From: Eledone cirrhosa | Taxonomy: Eukaryota | DNA: 64,000 nucleotides | Assembly: GCA_964016885.1 (NCBI GenBank) | Contig: OZ024742.1 | Location: 117,800,001 to 117,864,000 of the forward strand | Direction of reading: 5' to 3' | In this document: in pieces, positions 1 to 12,700 of the stretch | Layout of the letters: each line of letters opens with the position of its first letter | Position numbering within the stretch: position 1 is the first letter of the stretch | Made by a program: the position numbers and the translations under genes | Notes under the pieces: model-generated | Told to the model about the DNA's origin: nothing | Databases searched by the model: none | What the model saw: only the letters and a program-made list of their open reading frames with translations

Positions 1-467
1 AAATGCGCCAGAGCAGTGTCATTAAATACACCAGCTGCACGACCTCTAGATACTTTTTCAGGATGATTTTTTCTACAAATTCAGAAACATCCTGCCACTT
101 TGCAAACACTGCCTTTATGTCACCCGTAGAGATAGCAGTCTCCGCTAAAATGTCCTTCACGGGGGAACAAATCTCTTCCACTATTTACTATAAAATAATA
201 GCAAAAAACACCCAAAATAAAAAAAAATCACTGGGAAAAACCCATTAGTGATGCTGCCACAACGAGATAAACACGTGAACTGAGTGAGCGGAGGCTGCGC
301 TTATTTGAAGAGCGTGTGCGAACTCAGCGTCGACTTACGGTCGCTTGAATGAAAGTCGCTCGTACTGCCGATTTCCACTCGTATTACAAGACAAAAATTC
401 GCACGAGTCTCGACTCGTGCAGCAACTTACTCGTACAAGGGGGCACTCGAACTGCGAGGTTCTACTG
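1..467 (-). mobile_element. Tigger/pogo-like DNA transposon, internally deleted, running off the window start
   Basis: Terminus CAGTAGAACCTCG on the minus strand at 455-467, followed by TA at 468-469. The minus strand of about 1-180 translates, across a frameshift, to ISTGDIKAVFAKWQDVSEFVEK.HPEKVSRGRAAGVFNDTALAHF, which resembles Tigger transposase C-termini. Confidence 0.7.
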
Positions 468-827
468 TACTTGATTCATATTCGCACTAAACGGAACTCA
501 TAGCTTAGTTTCCACCTTACAGTTCTCTAGTGCTGCCCACATATTTGAGAGAAATATATTACGGAAGATTTTAGTGTATTCAAAAGCCAAATATGATTGT
601 TGATTTCATATAAACGATCATCATGATATAAGAGAAGAATGCATTGCAAAAGATTGATTGATCGTAAAAAAAAATCGCCATAGGATACGCAGACTTATTG
701 TATGCATATAAAAGTGAAATATTGCACAAGTTACTGATGATTAAAACATTTTTCGATTATGACATCACCACTATCTCACTTTTGAAAAGTACGCCTGGAA
801 ATTGTTACAAAAAATAATGTTTTCTTA

Positions 828-980
828 TATAGGCACAAGGCCAGTAAGTTTGGGGAGGGGAAAGCCCATTGAATCGACCCCAGTACGAGACTGGTACTTT
901 ATTTTATCGATCCCGTAAGGATGAAAGGCAAAGTTAACCTCGGCGGGATTTGAACTCAGATCATAAAGGGCCGTAACTCT
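828..980 (-). mobile_element. 5'-truncated tRNA-derived SINE (Meta-domain-like core)
   Basis: B-box GAGTTCAAATCC followed by GCCTTTCATCCTTACGGGATCGATAAAATAAAGTACCAG. Near-identical to the copies at 3.7-4.4 kb, 23.9 kb and 56.8 kb. Confidence 0.85.
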
Positions 981-1009
981 AAAAGATGAATTGAGTAAAA
1001 CTATCAGAG

Positions 1010-1081
1010 TTCCCACGCCGGGAATCGAATTCGGGACGGCTGGCTGAAAGCCGGGAACCCTAACCACTAGACCACATGGGA
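1010..1081 (-). pseudogene. tRNA-Glu(TTC)-like pseudogene
   Basis: Minus strand TCCCATGTGGTCTAGTGGTTAGGGTTCCCGGCTTTCAGCCAGCCGTCCCGAATTCGATTCCCGGCGTGGGAA follows the eukaryotic tRNA-Glu layout with a TTC anticodon, but the anticodon stem and T-stem contain mismatches. Confidence 0.75.
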
Positions 1082-1555
1082 AGCTATTGCTCTATTTTGC
1101 AGATAGTTCACTTTTAAATGTCACAATATATTAATAAACTGTAGCAAATGTATTTGCACAAGCAGGCATAACATCACATGCACAGCATTAATTTATGTAT
1201 AAGTATCGCTAGCAATTTCTTCAATACGTTGCTTTACTAAAGGTCCCGGGTCATTCTGCTAGTATTAAATATATTACATATGTTTGTGCGACATCATATA
1301 CGATCGATTACTATTGTATTGAAAAAAGGATTGATAATTTCGCATATCACTATGATATGGATCAGGATCTCTACTGGTTGTTTGATGAATTTCAATCTTT
1401 ATAGAACATACTTAGCAGTTTTGTCCGAGGGCGCAGCCCAAACACCACCATCCTTAGGCCCAGAGCTCACCACTCTCTCCCTTACTTCTGTGGCCCAAGA
1501 GTCCTTGCTTTTTTCTTCCTTTTCCTCTCAATAATAGTCTATAACAAAATACTGG

Positions 1556-1909
1556 TGTGTATGAATATAACAAAAGACTCAGTTGTGTATATAAAGTTTA
1601 ATTAACAAGTTGAAGTTATGTAGTATAGAATTGTTGACATGTCAAGATAAGATGAAATATGAAGTAAAGTTATTTGTTACCGTTTTGAAGTTAGCTCGCA
1701 AGAGACCATGTTAGGGTTGCCAGAGAGTAGAGACTCGGCGAACGCGCCTGGCCGAAAGGGCAAATGAGAGAGAGATCGCTCTGAGTATCCCTTTTATAGG
1801 GTCTCAAGACGGAAGTGACAAAAAGGGTTCTGCCACCCCAACGGGAAGTAACTCCAGCTACTTCCTGTCTAGAGAGCGTTAATCTATTGGTGATGTGATC
1901 GTCACAACA
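1556..1909 (-). mobile_element. Probable solo LTR (left boundary uncertain)
   Basis: The minus strand starts TGTTGTGAC at 1909, then shows CCAAT (1886-1890), several GGAAGT/ACTTCC motifs, TATAAAA (1792-1798) and ATTAAA (1597-1602), in LTR order. No TSD was identified. Confidence 0.4.
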
Positions 1910-2111
1910 AGGGAGGCAACTCTTGCTACAAGTCCTTTCCTCTACTTCCCCATACAGCCAGATCAGCCTTTCTTTACCCCTTACCCTTTTTCTCATTACT
2001 TAATTTTGTTTTGTATCTTTCTTTTTCATATTTATGTAATTAACAGTGATTTTAACACCAACTTTGTTTAGTTTAATTTGAATAAGATTTTTATTTATAT
2101 AATGTAAATGT

Positions 2112-2270
2112 AGGCGTTAGGAAGGGCATCCAGCTGTAGAAATCAAGCCCCAACCAGTTCTGTATGAGCAAGACATGGTCACCTGACCTAGATTTGCCCA
2201 CAACAAGACAAATCATCTAACCCATGTTAGCGTGGAAAAATGGACGTAAAATGGTGATGATGATGATGAT
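2112..2270 (+). mobile_element. SINE/non-autonomous retroelement 3' fragment with (GAT)n tail
   Basis: GGCGTTAGGAAGGGCATCCAGCTGTAGAAA ... GTGGAAAAATGGACGTAAAATG followed by (GAT)n. Confidence 0.55.
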
Positions 2271-3707
2271 GTAGATACGTTTTAAAAGAGCAAAAATGGA
2301 TGCGTGCTCCTACTCTCCACCTCTTTTCTGTGTTGCTTATCTCTTCTTGCTAACAGCTGAACCCACAGAATAACTACATATAAATGTATAATGACAATGA
2401 CCCAACGATTCATGCGAATACGGTATGATAACCTTGAAGAGAGGAAACTTGATATTAATCAATACAATAATAGGAACTCTTGGATTGTTTCTAAAAACAG
2501 TCATATAAATATTCCAAACCCCAAGACTAACACACCTATACAACACAGTAAGTAGCACAACTAATCACAGTACTTTTAATGCAACAAAAGACACCAAATC
2601 AAACGAAATCCTCCGTATATACCTAAATTACAGAGCTACGTTAATAATAATTTACTAAAGAATACTCTTTGAATAGTTCATTTATGATTGTAAGAAAATA
2701 ATAGTTAAATCTGGAGATTAAATTGAAATGACAACTCAGTCATCTGCAAGCAATCTAATATTTCAGCTTCAATTTAATACTATTAATACATATGCGATCA
2801 AGCTATTATGATGAGAAATTCCCTGTTAACAAAACAAAAACAGCAATGACAAAATCTGCAAACAGAAACAAAGAAGACTCATTTAAAAGTCATATATCTA
2901 TTCTTAAATAAGTCAAATAAGTAAGGTTAACATCCGGCAAGACATATGACTACTAACAATATGGTTGATAGTATAACGAGAGCCGCCGAGCGAGAGGTAA
3001 TTGACCTGAGAATTTAGTCAGCAATGCAGTTTGGATTTGCAACTGATACTAATTCGTTTGACATATACATTTGAAAAACAAATCCAACGTTACTTCTCAT
3101 TATGTCCAATAGTCCAAGTAACATTATTTTGAAAAGCCAAGAGCTATTAACTGGCAGAAATGACAAATGTTTCGTAGAATTCGACACATGTCGGTCTAAA
3201 ACTTGCCTTTCAAAGATTTAAATGCTATTGTTGCAAGCGATGTTTTATAATCTGTGATTATTCTGCCTGCAAAACACCTTACTGAATATAAATACTTACC
3301 TTAATATATAACGCAGTAGTTCTAAAACAGCCTGCCTTGACAGGGTAGTGGGTTGCGATACCATTCTCTATGTGAAGCAAATATTTTCTCTTTTTTAAAC
3401 AAAAGACATTTGTAAAATAAATAGCCAAACTGTAGCCCAATGATATAATCAACAAAAATTCTATATGACGAATACTGAGCCAACCAGTGAACAAACGATA
3501 AACAAATAACTCCAGTAAAACATACCACAGATTAGAGAAACAGGATGTAATTACACCACAGACTAGCAAAGACAAAATAACTACAAAAATTGATCAAGCA
3601 GGAAATGATGTATAAATAAACAATAAAAAAAAAAAAAAAAAAAAAGGGAATAATATATGAAAAACAACATACAAATAAATAATAACAAAACCGACCTTAA
3701 ATAATGA

Positions 3708-3921
3708 TTTTTAGTATAGGCACGAGGCCAGTAATTTCAGTGGAGGGGAAAGTCGATTAAATCGACCCCACTACGTTACTGGTGCTTTATTTTATCGACC
3801 CTATAAAGATGAAAGGCAAAGTTAACCTCGGCGGGATTTGAACTCAGATCATAAAGGGCCGTAACTCTATGTTGCAAAGCATGGTGTCTGACTCTACCGA
3901 TACTGCCAATCAACCGCCCTT
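3708..3921 (-). mobile_element. Full-length tRNA-derived SINE with 21-bp TSD
   Basis: A-box TGGCAGTATCGG, B-box GAGTTCAAATCC and the Meta-like core. TSD AAAACCGACCTTAAATAATGA at 3687-3707 and 3922-3942. Confidence 0.9.
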
Positions 3922-4034
3922 AAAACCGACCTTAAATAATGAAAATAGAACAACAAATTAACAAATATATCGACGACTATCGTAAACAACACTAAATATC
4001 AGCCAAGGAAAACGATCGCCATAGATAAAATAAT

Positions 4035-4437
4035 TGTTTCTACTTTAGGCACAAGGCCAGCAATTACCCAGTGCATTACTGGTACTTTATTTTATCGACC
4101 CCGTAAGGATGAAAGGCAAAGTCAACCTCGGCGGGATTTGAACTCAGATCGTAAAGGGACGTAACTATGCTGGAAAGCATGGCGTCCGACCCTCTACTGA
4201 TACTGCCAATCCACCCACCGCCATAGATAAAATAATGGTTTCTGATTTAGGCACAAGGTCAACAATTTGGGGGAGGGGACAGTCGATTAAATTCACCCCT
4301 AGTGCATTATTCTATTAACCTAATAAGGATGAAAGGCAAAGCTAACCTCTGTGGGATTTGAACTCAGAACGCAAAGGGACGTAACTATATGCCACAAAAC
4401 GTGTCCCCCCGACGCTCCACCAATACTGCCAATCCAC
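4035..4437 (-). mobile_element. Two tandem copies of the same SINE family
   Basis: Two diverged copies (about 4035-4218 and 4237-4437) are bounded by three copies of CGCCATAGATAAAATAAT. Confidence 0.85.
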
Positions 4438-6475
4438 CGCCATAGATAAAATAATGAGCCCGATGCAATGTATATAATAACAAGCGAGCATTCCTAAAAA
4501 AAAGAGTTCTCGCACGAAATCGAAGTGACGTGAAACTTGCACTGCAAGGAGAAAGTGTTTTCTTGTCTTTTAGACAGAAATTATTCTTGATGGTATTTAT
4601 ATATACTTCTTTCTTCTATTAAGTTTTGATGAAACTGTTATTTATTTATTTCGTAAACGTCTTATTACTGCGTCGCTGAGAACATTTTAATTGTATTTAA
4701 TTATTTTTTTGCAACATTTTAATTGTATTTAATTATTTTAATTGCAAAAATTAAAGATTAATCTTTACTGAATAATTCTTGCCAAAATCAAACATGATTT
4801 TTATTATTATTCAAAAATGTACCAAAACACGTGCAGTGTGTTTGATATTAATTCAAGAAACACTTTCTTTTTCAATCTACCAATTTTCAGTATTCCTAAT
4901 AAACAATGTCACAGAAAAAATTCTTTTTGATGTTTTCTAAGAAGATATGTTAAGTCATTAATCAAAAAGAACGTATCATACTAAACTTCAAAGCTAGCCA
5001 TCCTTTTGCTGCAAATCTATCGTAGCCGTTAACTCACAGGTTCCAGTATTTAATTATAAAGATTTCACTTTGTATCCTATGTGTCAGTTGTATATCTTAA
5101 TTTATCTCCATCTTAATTCACCCTTTCCACATCTTTTCTTTTATTATTATTATTTTAAGATGCTCACGTTTTTCTTCAAATACAACTTGTATGTGGTTTT
5201 TTCATTCTAAGACATATATTCAAACATAGGCAATAGATACGCACACAGTACAAAAATGTGATGAGTTCGTATGTAAAATTATGTGTGCAAAGTTATATTT
5301 GATTTTAAATATTGACTTTTTGTTCAAGGCAAATATTAATTTATAACGATACAGGATCTGCTAAAGCAGACACACACGGATATATCTGATAGCTCACAGC
5401 AATGGACTATTACACAAGTGTACATATCAACGCAACTAAGTGTGCATATATGTATTGGTAAATGTATATTTATTGAATAAGGTGTCATAAGCAGGCGGAA
5501 ATATATCTGTGGGATATAAAATTATAGCAACCTTATAAAAACGTGTTTATACAGTCTATGTAGAGATGCGCGCGAGCACACGTACTGTCACACGCACCAC
5601 ACACGCATGCAAGTACACACAATGAGGTAGACGAAAAATTCAATACAGTTAAAAGTCTGAAAATAATGATCTGTTCGTATAAGACAAGGCAACAACGTAT
5701 ACGCATTTCAATGTATTGAAACATTTTTACATAACACCCGAAAGATAGCAGACATTTCTTAATAAATTTTAATTATTGGTGCATTCTGGTTCTACTTTAT
5801 GTATGTAGTGACTATTTTCTCTCAAGGGTCACCAATACCAACATGGATGAATCATCAGCTTTTTAACTGAAATATACTGAGTTCGTCAGTTGGAAAGCCG
5901 AGACCATGGTATTCTTTGAATCTTTAACCGAATTCATTATATTTACACCATCATTGCTCTCATTTACACTGTCGGTTACTGTTTAGACTAGTGAAACGTA
6001 CCACACTATATCTCTTTTTAGACAAGTGGTCAATTTATTACTTTGAGCACGGGCATGTGTGTGTTTGAGAGCATACGATATGCCAACCCTTCTGTTACTT
6101 GTTCAGACTCAATCAAACCGGCCATTTGACATTCCAGAGATCTTGAAAGAATGCCAACAATTTGAATTGGTTTTGAACTTGCAAAATATTAGAAATTTTG
6201 CAGGCATAATATCCTGACACATTTTTTTACAAAAGGATTTGGTCTTTGATTTAAAAGATGCAGAAAATATAGCGATTTGGCATCAATACATTTCTTGAGA
6301 GCATCAGTAATATAAGTGAAGTGAAATGGCTGGAACAATGAATCAAATGAAGGGTGTTGTCTGGGATGGATTAGGCTTGCATGGAGCTCCTGGATAAACA
6401 TTTCATCTAGGTATAATATATTAGTTATGGTAGCAAAAAAAAAAAAAAATTATTTGGGGCCCTTTATATATGAAT

Positions 6476-6635
6476 GTAGGCGGCAAATTGGTAGAGTCTT
6501 CAGAACGTCGGATAGAATGCTTTGCGGTATTCGTTTCGGCTTTTTGCCCTCTGAGATCAAATCTTGCCGAGGTCACCTTTACCTTTTATCCGGCTGAGGT
6601 CGATAAAGAAAGTACCAGTCTAGTGTTGGGGTTGA
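6476..6635 (+). mobile_element. Degenerate SINE copy
   Basis: GGCGGCAAATTGGTAGAGTC ... GAGATCAAATCTTGCCGAGGTC ... GGTCGATAAAGAAAGTACCAG. Confidence 0.7.
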
Positions 6636-6683
6636 TTCTTCATCTATATCTCTATTTCGCCCCCCCCTCTCTGACTCTCTCTC

Positions 6684-6742
<59 letters not shown>

Positions 6743-7471
6743 CTTTCTATCCTTCTCTGGGAAAAAAATCTGCTGTATTTAAACCTGGAGATGGATAGGT
6801 TCCGCCAGGCTTAAAATGCCGCCAGAAAGGCTGTATGTCACTACGGCGCCCCTACGACTCCATCAGAAGATACAGGTATAGATGTAGGAATGTAGCCTCA
6901 GTTCTATGTTGCACACTACTATTGTTTGTAGTATCCTCCTTCTTTGAACATTGTGTACACTGTTTCTCGTTCAAGATCCTATACAAGTTGAAGATGATCT
7001 GAAGACCTTTCATATGCAGTATCTCTATATAACGAGAAATTCTAAACTTATATCTCAATTTAATGCAAAAGCTACATCTTTATATGTCGAAAAGCTGCAT
7101 ATTTATATCAGAGATTCACTTAGAGTAGACGATATAACTGGAGAATGATATTAATTCAACGAATGGTATTCTGTCATTTTAGTAACAGGATCGAAAATAC
7201 TTCCATTATAGCGAATTACAAACAATTGCTTACATCATTTTCTTATAAAGCGCTATGAATTATATACTCCCAGCTGTCAATCTGTCTATAAACTATTCAA
7301 CTCTAAACTATTTAACCCTAACCCTAAACTAAACATACTTACGTATCTTCCTCCCATATCACCTGTCTATAGCTAGCTAACTACTAGCTACCCACTCACT
7401 TACAAATAAACTACCTATTTGCTTACATATTATTTATTCGTATGCTAACATTCTATCTAAATTAACTACCT

Positions 7472-7580
<109 letters not shown>

Positions 7581-7996
7581 ATATATAAATCTAGCTGTCG
7601 TCTGTTCTACAGCGTAGATGTAATTCACTTCGCGCAGAAGTTTTGTTCAAATTTATTGCGAAAATTTTGTAAGTTCAATTTTAATTTTGATACTATTGTG
7701 TAGCTTGACCCCCCGTCTGAACTGTCAGGCGGTGGTTCAGCTCATCTTTACCCCTCCTAGGGGTGAAAAACCTGTTTTTAAAAATTTTGTGGCATAAAAA
7801 AATTTCAATCGTCTGACAGAAATGTTAAACGAAGCTAACGTAAATAGTGGTGGGGGGACAGCGGTAAGAGTTGTAAGCTCGCACGCTTTAGTCCCCCCCC
7901 CCTTCCTTCCCAACTAACGTCATAGAGAAGGAAGGAAAAAATAAAATAAAAATAGACGAATCTGCGGAGAAAAATGACGAAAACACAAATCTGGAC

Positions 7997-9738
7997 ATGG
8001 ATTCCAACAACGAAAAAAAAAAATTTGAAAAATTGCATGACAATATTAATACCACAAACAAAGACACAACAAACACAAAAATAACATTTGAAAACAACAT
8101 CATAACAGAAAGCAAAGCAGACGACAAAGTCAACACCAACAAGATTTCATTTGCACAAACAACAAAGAAATCTTTGACATATATACCTGAAAATATTTCA
8201 GATGTGGCACAAAGAATTGCAGACGCCAAACAATATATAACTGAAGGAGAGAATGGTATTTTATCGGTAAAAATGCCTCAAGAACTCACCAAAGACATTG
8301 AAAGTCAAACGGTCGTTTTCCGCACCATCAACAACACTTCTAAAAAACCTGAACAGCCAACTCAAACAGATATCAAAACAGTACTCACAGAAGTACTTAA
8401 TGAAACCACTTTCATAAGAAAAGACAGACTGTATGGAAGCCTAGCGATTATTATGAAGAACGAATCGCCGGCAAAAAAAAGTGCTTTGTCACGGATTCGT
8501 TCGAAAAATTTTACCTTTTATCCATCTTATATGGGTAAAAGAACTCAACGCATATGGCTGGATGCAATGATGCCAGATGTGGACTACTGCTGGCTCATAG
8601 CTGGCTTCATCGATCCAGCGAATGACAACGTGATTTCCATTTGGAAAACCACAGGCAATGCGTTCAGTGGAACAGGTATAGAGCTTGTAGTGCAAATGAA
8701 GCCTGAACGCATCGCCCAAATACCCGACAGAATCCTATTAGAGGGCCACGGGTATATAAACATTAGCGTGGAGGGGAGAAGACCGTCCTGTCATATCTGT
8801 GCAGGCAGAGGGCACCTGAAGGCGGCTTGTCCCCAACTCAACAAAAAGAAAACCCTGCTACCAACACCAGCTCCACCACCACCACCACCACAACAGATAA
8901 ACAAACAACAAAACTCAGTCCCACCCAACCCGTCCCTCAGTAAAACTACACCACCACCACAACACAAACAGTCACAACACATTACCCCAAAACAAAATAC
9001 AGGCCCACCCAACCCCTCACTCAATAAAACAACACAACCACCGCAGCCACAACACACAACACAGTCTAACATAGTGACATCCATCTCCCCCACAAAGAAA
9101 ACCAACACGGAAACATTACCAGCAAACATACCTCTTCCCTCCAACACTGAAGATAACCCAACGAATTCGGAGGAAGAAACGGAGTCCTTCAGACAGATTA
9201 AAAGGAAAAAAAGAAAACATGTGCAAAACACACAAGGCCAAACAACCCCACCCAAATGTCAACACAATCCAACAAAACACAAAACACCCCTCCAGCAACA
9301 AACAAAACCAAACCTGCCCCTCCCCTCTTCGAAACACTCACACCATCGGAAAAAAAGACATTACCCTATACTTACATCAACAGAAACAATAATAAATTAA
9401 ATGAACTCATAAACAATAATCCTTCGGTACAAACCGAAGGTGTAAACTTTGTTTCTTCAGAAAACTACCCACATTTAAAATTAATAAAGATCCCAATGAA
9501 CCTCTACCAAAAACTAAAAAAGGATTTTAAGGAGGACGTAGGACCACCCTCTGTCAAACCCATAAACCGCGTCCTACTAAAAAGCTTTCCCCCTCCCCTT
9601 CCCCTCCCCAACACAACTCCAAACACCCCAACCCCACCACACACTGACGACCCCACACCACCACAAGACACCCCTTCACCCAACACCCCCGACCCCATGG
9701 AAGTCGTGCGACCCGAACCCCGGGAAGCAGAAAGGTAG
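7997..9738 (+). CDS. Tx1 ORF1 (gag-like nucleic-acid-binding protein), one apparent frameshift between about 9250 and 9350
   Basis: ORF 7997-9400 contains the zinc knuckle CHICAGRGHLKAAC and a Pro/Thr-rich linker. The overlapping ORF 9256-9738 carries the C-terminal block (PYTYIN...NRVLLKSFP) that is also seen in copies B and C. Confidence 0.8.
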
Positions 9739-9771
9739 GTCTCTACACTCTCCTTTGGCTCTGCCGCCCAC

Positions 9772-12700
9772 ATGGATGTGTTAAGAGTAGGATGTTTGAA
9801 TGCACGTGGCCTGGGCTCAACTTGGAAGCAAGCAAAGCTTCTAAATAACCTCAGGTCATGTGGTATAAATGTAATGGTTATCTGTGAGACTCGGATCAGC
9901 GTCGTGCGGCAGCTGGCCCCCACCTTCGATGACTTTGAGGTGCATGCATCTCTCTGTCAACCTGGAGGTGGGGGTGGGGTTGTCGTACTGCTGCTAAAAC
10001 ACCTGGGTCTTGCCGTACAGGTTGTTCACTCGGACCCGGAGGGTCGTTTGTTGGTGCTAGACGTTGGCAGTAGTGAAGGTACGGCCTTGAGACTGGTCGC
10101 CGTCTTCTCCCCTTTCGGAGCTGAACGGCCCGACTTCTTCCAGCGTTTGGAGACTTTTCTGGGAACGTCGCGTTCCATGCTTCTAGCGGGCGATTGGAAT
10201 GACATCCTAGATGCACGTTGGGACTATGCGGGAGCATGTCCTAATAGAGGGGGGTGTAACATCCTCAAGGGGTTACTCGACCGTTTTAACTTGGTCGATA
10301 GATATCGACTAGATTTTCCAACTGTGCCTACCTGGACTTGGAAAAACCACAGTGGTCAATCTAGATCGTACTTAGATAGATTCTTAGTTAGAAGTAAGGA
10401 TAGGGACATATTAAGCTGTCCAGAAATGCGCACGGTTGGCTATACGGATCACAAATTAGTGACCTGCGTAGTCAATCTCGAGAAAACACATAAACAGGGT
10501 CCCGGTTACTGGAAACTTAATTTGTCTTTACCGGCAAAAGAGACTTACAGAAACCGGATTAGCATATTAGTTAAGGAGAGGTTGACGGGTGCAATCGTCA
10601 ACAACCGATGGAGGGCATCTCTCAAAAGAGAGATTAGAACAGAATCAATAAGTTATAGCAAGATGTTAGCTGCCGATAGGAATAGAAACGGGAAAGAATT
10701 AACAGGTAAATTAGAAGAGGCAATCAAGAGCGAATATGTGGCCAGAGTGCTGGCATCGAGGACGGCCTTGAACCAGTTTTTCGATGCAAAGCACGAAGGC
10801 TGCGTCATTCGAAGTAAAATACGTGCTCTAGGTAATGAGGGGGCCAAAGCCGTTGGCTGGGCCCGCGTGACAGAAACTAAGAGTGGAAATCGATCCACCA
10901 TCCGGTCGTTGCAAGACGAGGATGGACGGGTGATCCGGGAGCCTAAGCAGATGTGCGAGGCCTTTCAAAGGCACTTTGCCCGATTATTCGGGAGAGGCGA
11001 GGGTCCGGGCGGGGATGTGGATTTCGGTCCATACCTCGACGGCCTGCCGCGTCTCTCGAGCGAAGAGGCAGAGTCCTGCGAGGGACCAATCTCGGCTGAT
11101 GAGATCGGAGATGCGCCGAGCCAATACAGCAGACGCAAATCTCCAGGTCTCGATGGTATACCTTACGAACTTTATTTAGCAATGCCGGTCTTCTTCTCCG
11201 AACTCCTCGAAGCGGTCTACTGCAATTGGCAGCAGAACGGGAGAATTCCTTGTTCTGTAGCCAAGGGCGTAGTCTCGCTGGTGAGGAAGGACGAGAACAA
11301 GGGGGATAGTATAAATAATTTTCGGCCCATAACCCTGCTAAACACAGAGTTAAAGATTTTGGCCAAGGTGTTAGCAAAGAGGTTGGCGCTTGTCGTGGGT
11401 AGCCTGGTGGGAGATGCGCAGACATGTGCTATCCCATCCAGGTCCATTCACGATAACCTCCACCTCATGCGATACATCATAGAGAGGGTTGGCAACAAAC
11501 CCGGCTTCGGTGGGGCCCTGATCAACTTGGATCAGTCTAAGGCCTTCGATAGGGTCGACCATGGTTACCTGGATGCGGTGCTAGCGGCGGCTGGGTTCGG
11601 TCCTGTTTTCAGAGGCTTTATAACTGCCTTACATAGCAACCACATCTGTTCTAGGATCAAGGTGAACGGCTACCTTTCGAAGCCGTTCGAAATCACACGA
11701 TCCATTCGACAGGGGTGCCCTCTCTCCTCCCTTCTGTACGTATTGACTCTTGAGCCTTTACTGAGGAAATTGGAGTTGTTGCAGGGTATCCCCCTGGAAC
11801 CAGGATTGAGCAAAGCGGTGTCGGCCTACGCCGATGACGTAACAGTAATGGTATCGACCGACTCGGAGATCGAGGCGATCGGTACCTTACTGGAGGAGTA
11901 CGAAAGGTTGTCAGGAGCGAAACTGAACCGGGAAAAATCCATCGGGCTGCAACTCGGAACGTGGAGAGGCAGACCGATGCCTCCTGACGGTGTCTTCGGA
12001 CACTGGACGGAGGGCCCGGTAAAGTTGCTTGGGGTCTGGTTTGGACCGGACCTCCAGGTGGAAAAGAACTGGAACGAGGTTACGAACAAGGTGTTTGCAC
12101 TAACCCAGAAATGGGCCAAGTGTAAGCTGTCCCTAAAAGGCCGGGAGGAGGTGGCGAACATTTACATAGCGTCCGTCACTTACTACCGCCTGACTGTCGT
12201 GCCTTGCCCTAAGGAAACACTCACCACCATGGAACACATGCTCTTCCAATTTCTTTGGAAGAAGCGCCCTCCTATGGTGAGAAGATCCATCTGCTGCCAA
12301 CAACCTTCGAAAGGAGGGCTGGGGATGCCGTGGTTGATGATGCGTAGGCACGCATTAAGGCTACGGCACCTACAGGTATTCCTCACTGGTCAACCGGTGT
12401 GGGCTCCGTTCGTGAAACGAGCCTTTCCGAGACTCGTCTCGCTCACCGAGCTGCAGTCCTGGGTCAAGCAAAGATCCGGAAAACTGGGAGACTGGCACAC
12501 TGGGTGTGCTCAGGCGCTCAGGGCTCTCTGGCAAGCGGGCCAGGCCATCGGTGGAGAATTCACCTCATCATTCTATAGAGGGCTGGTGGCTAGCAGGGGC
12601 GATGACACCCTTGGAGAGTCGCTGGACATGGAAGAGGACGAACTGGCCAGCCTGTTCGGTAGGACTTTCGGCCCGGGACCAATGGACAACTTCCAGAAGT

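Noticed and set aside
5840-7150. Short ORFs that might be host exons
   Set aside because: No recognisable domain or consistent splice pattern.
7313-7333. TAACCCTAACCCTAAAC telomere-like repeat
   Set aside because: Only about two units; expected by chance.
9240-9400. Possible programmed frameshift in Tx1 ORF1
   Set aside because: No clear slippery heptamer plus structure, and copy C has breaks at other places. A post-insertion indel in low-complexity sequence is simpler.
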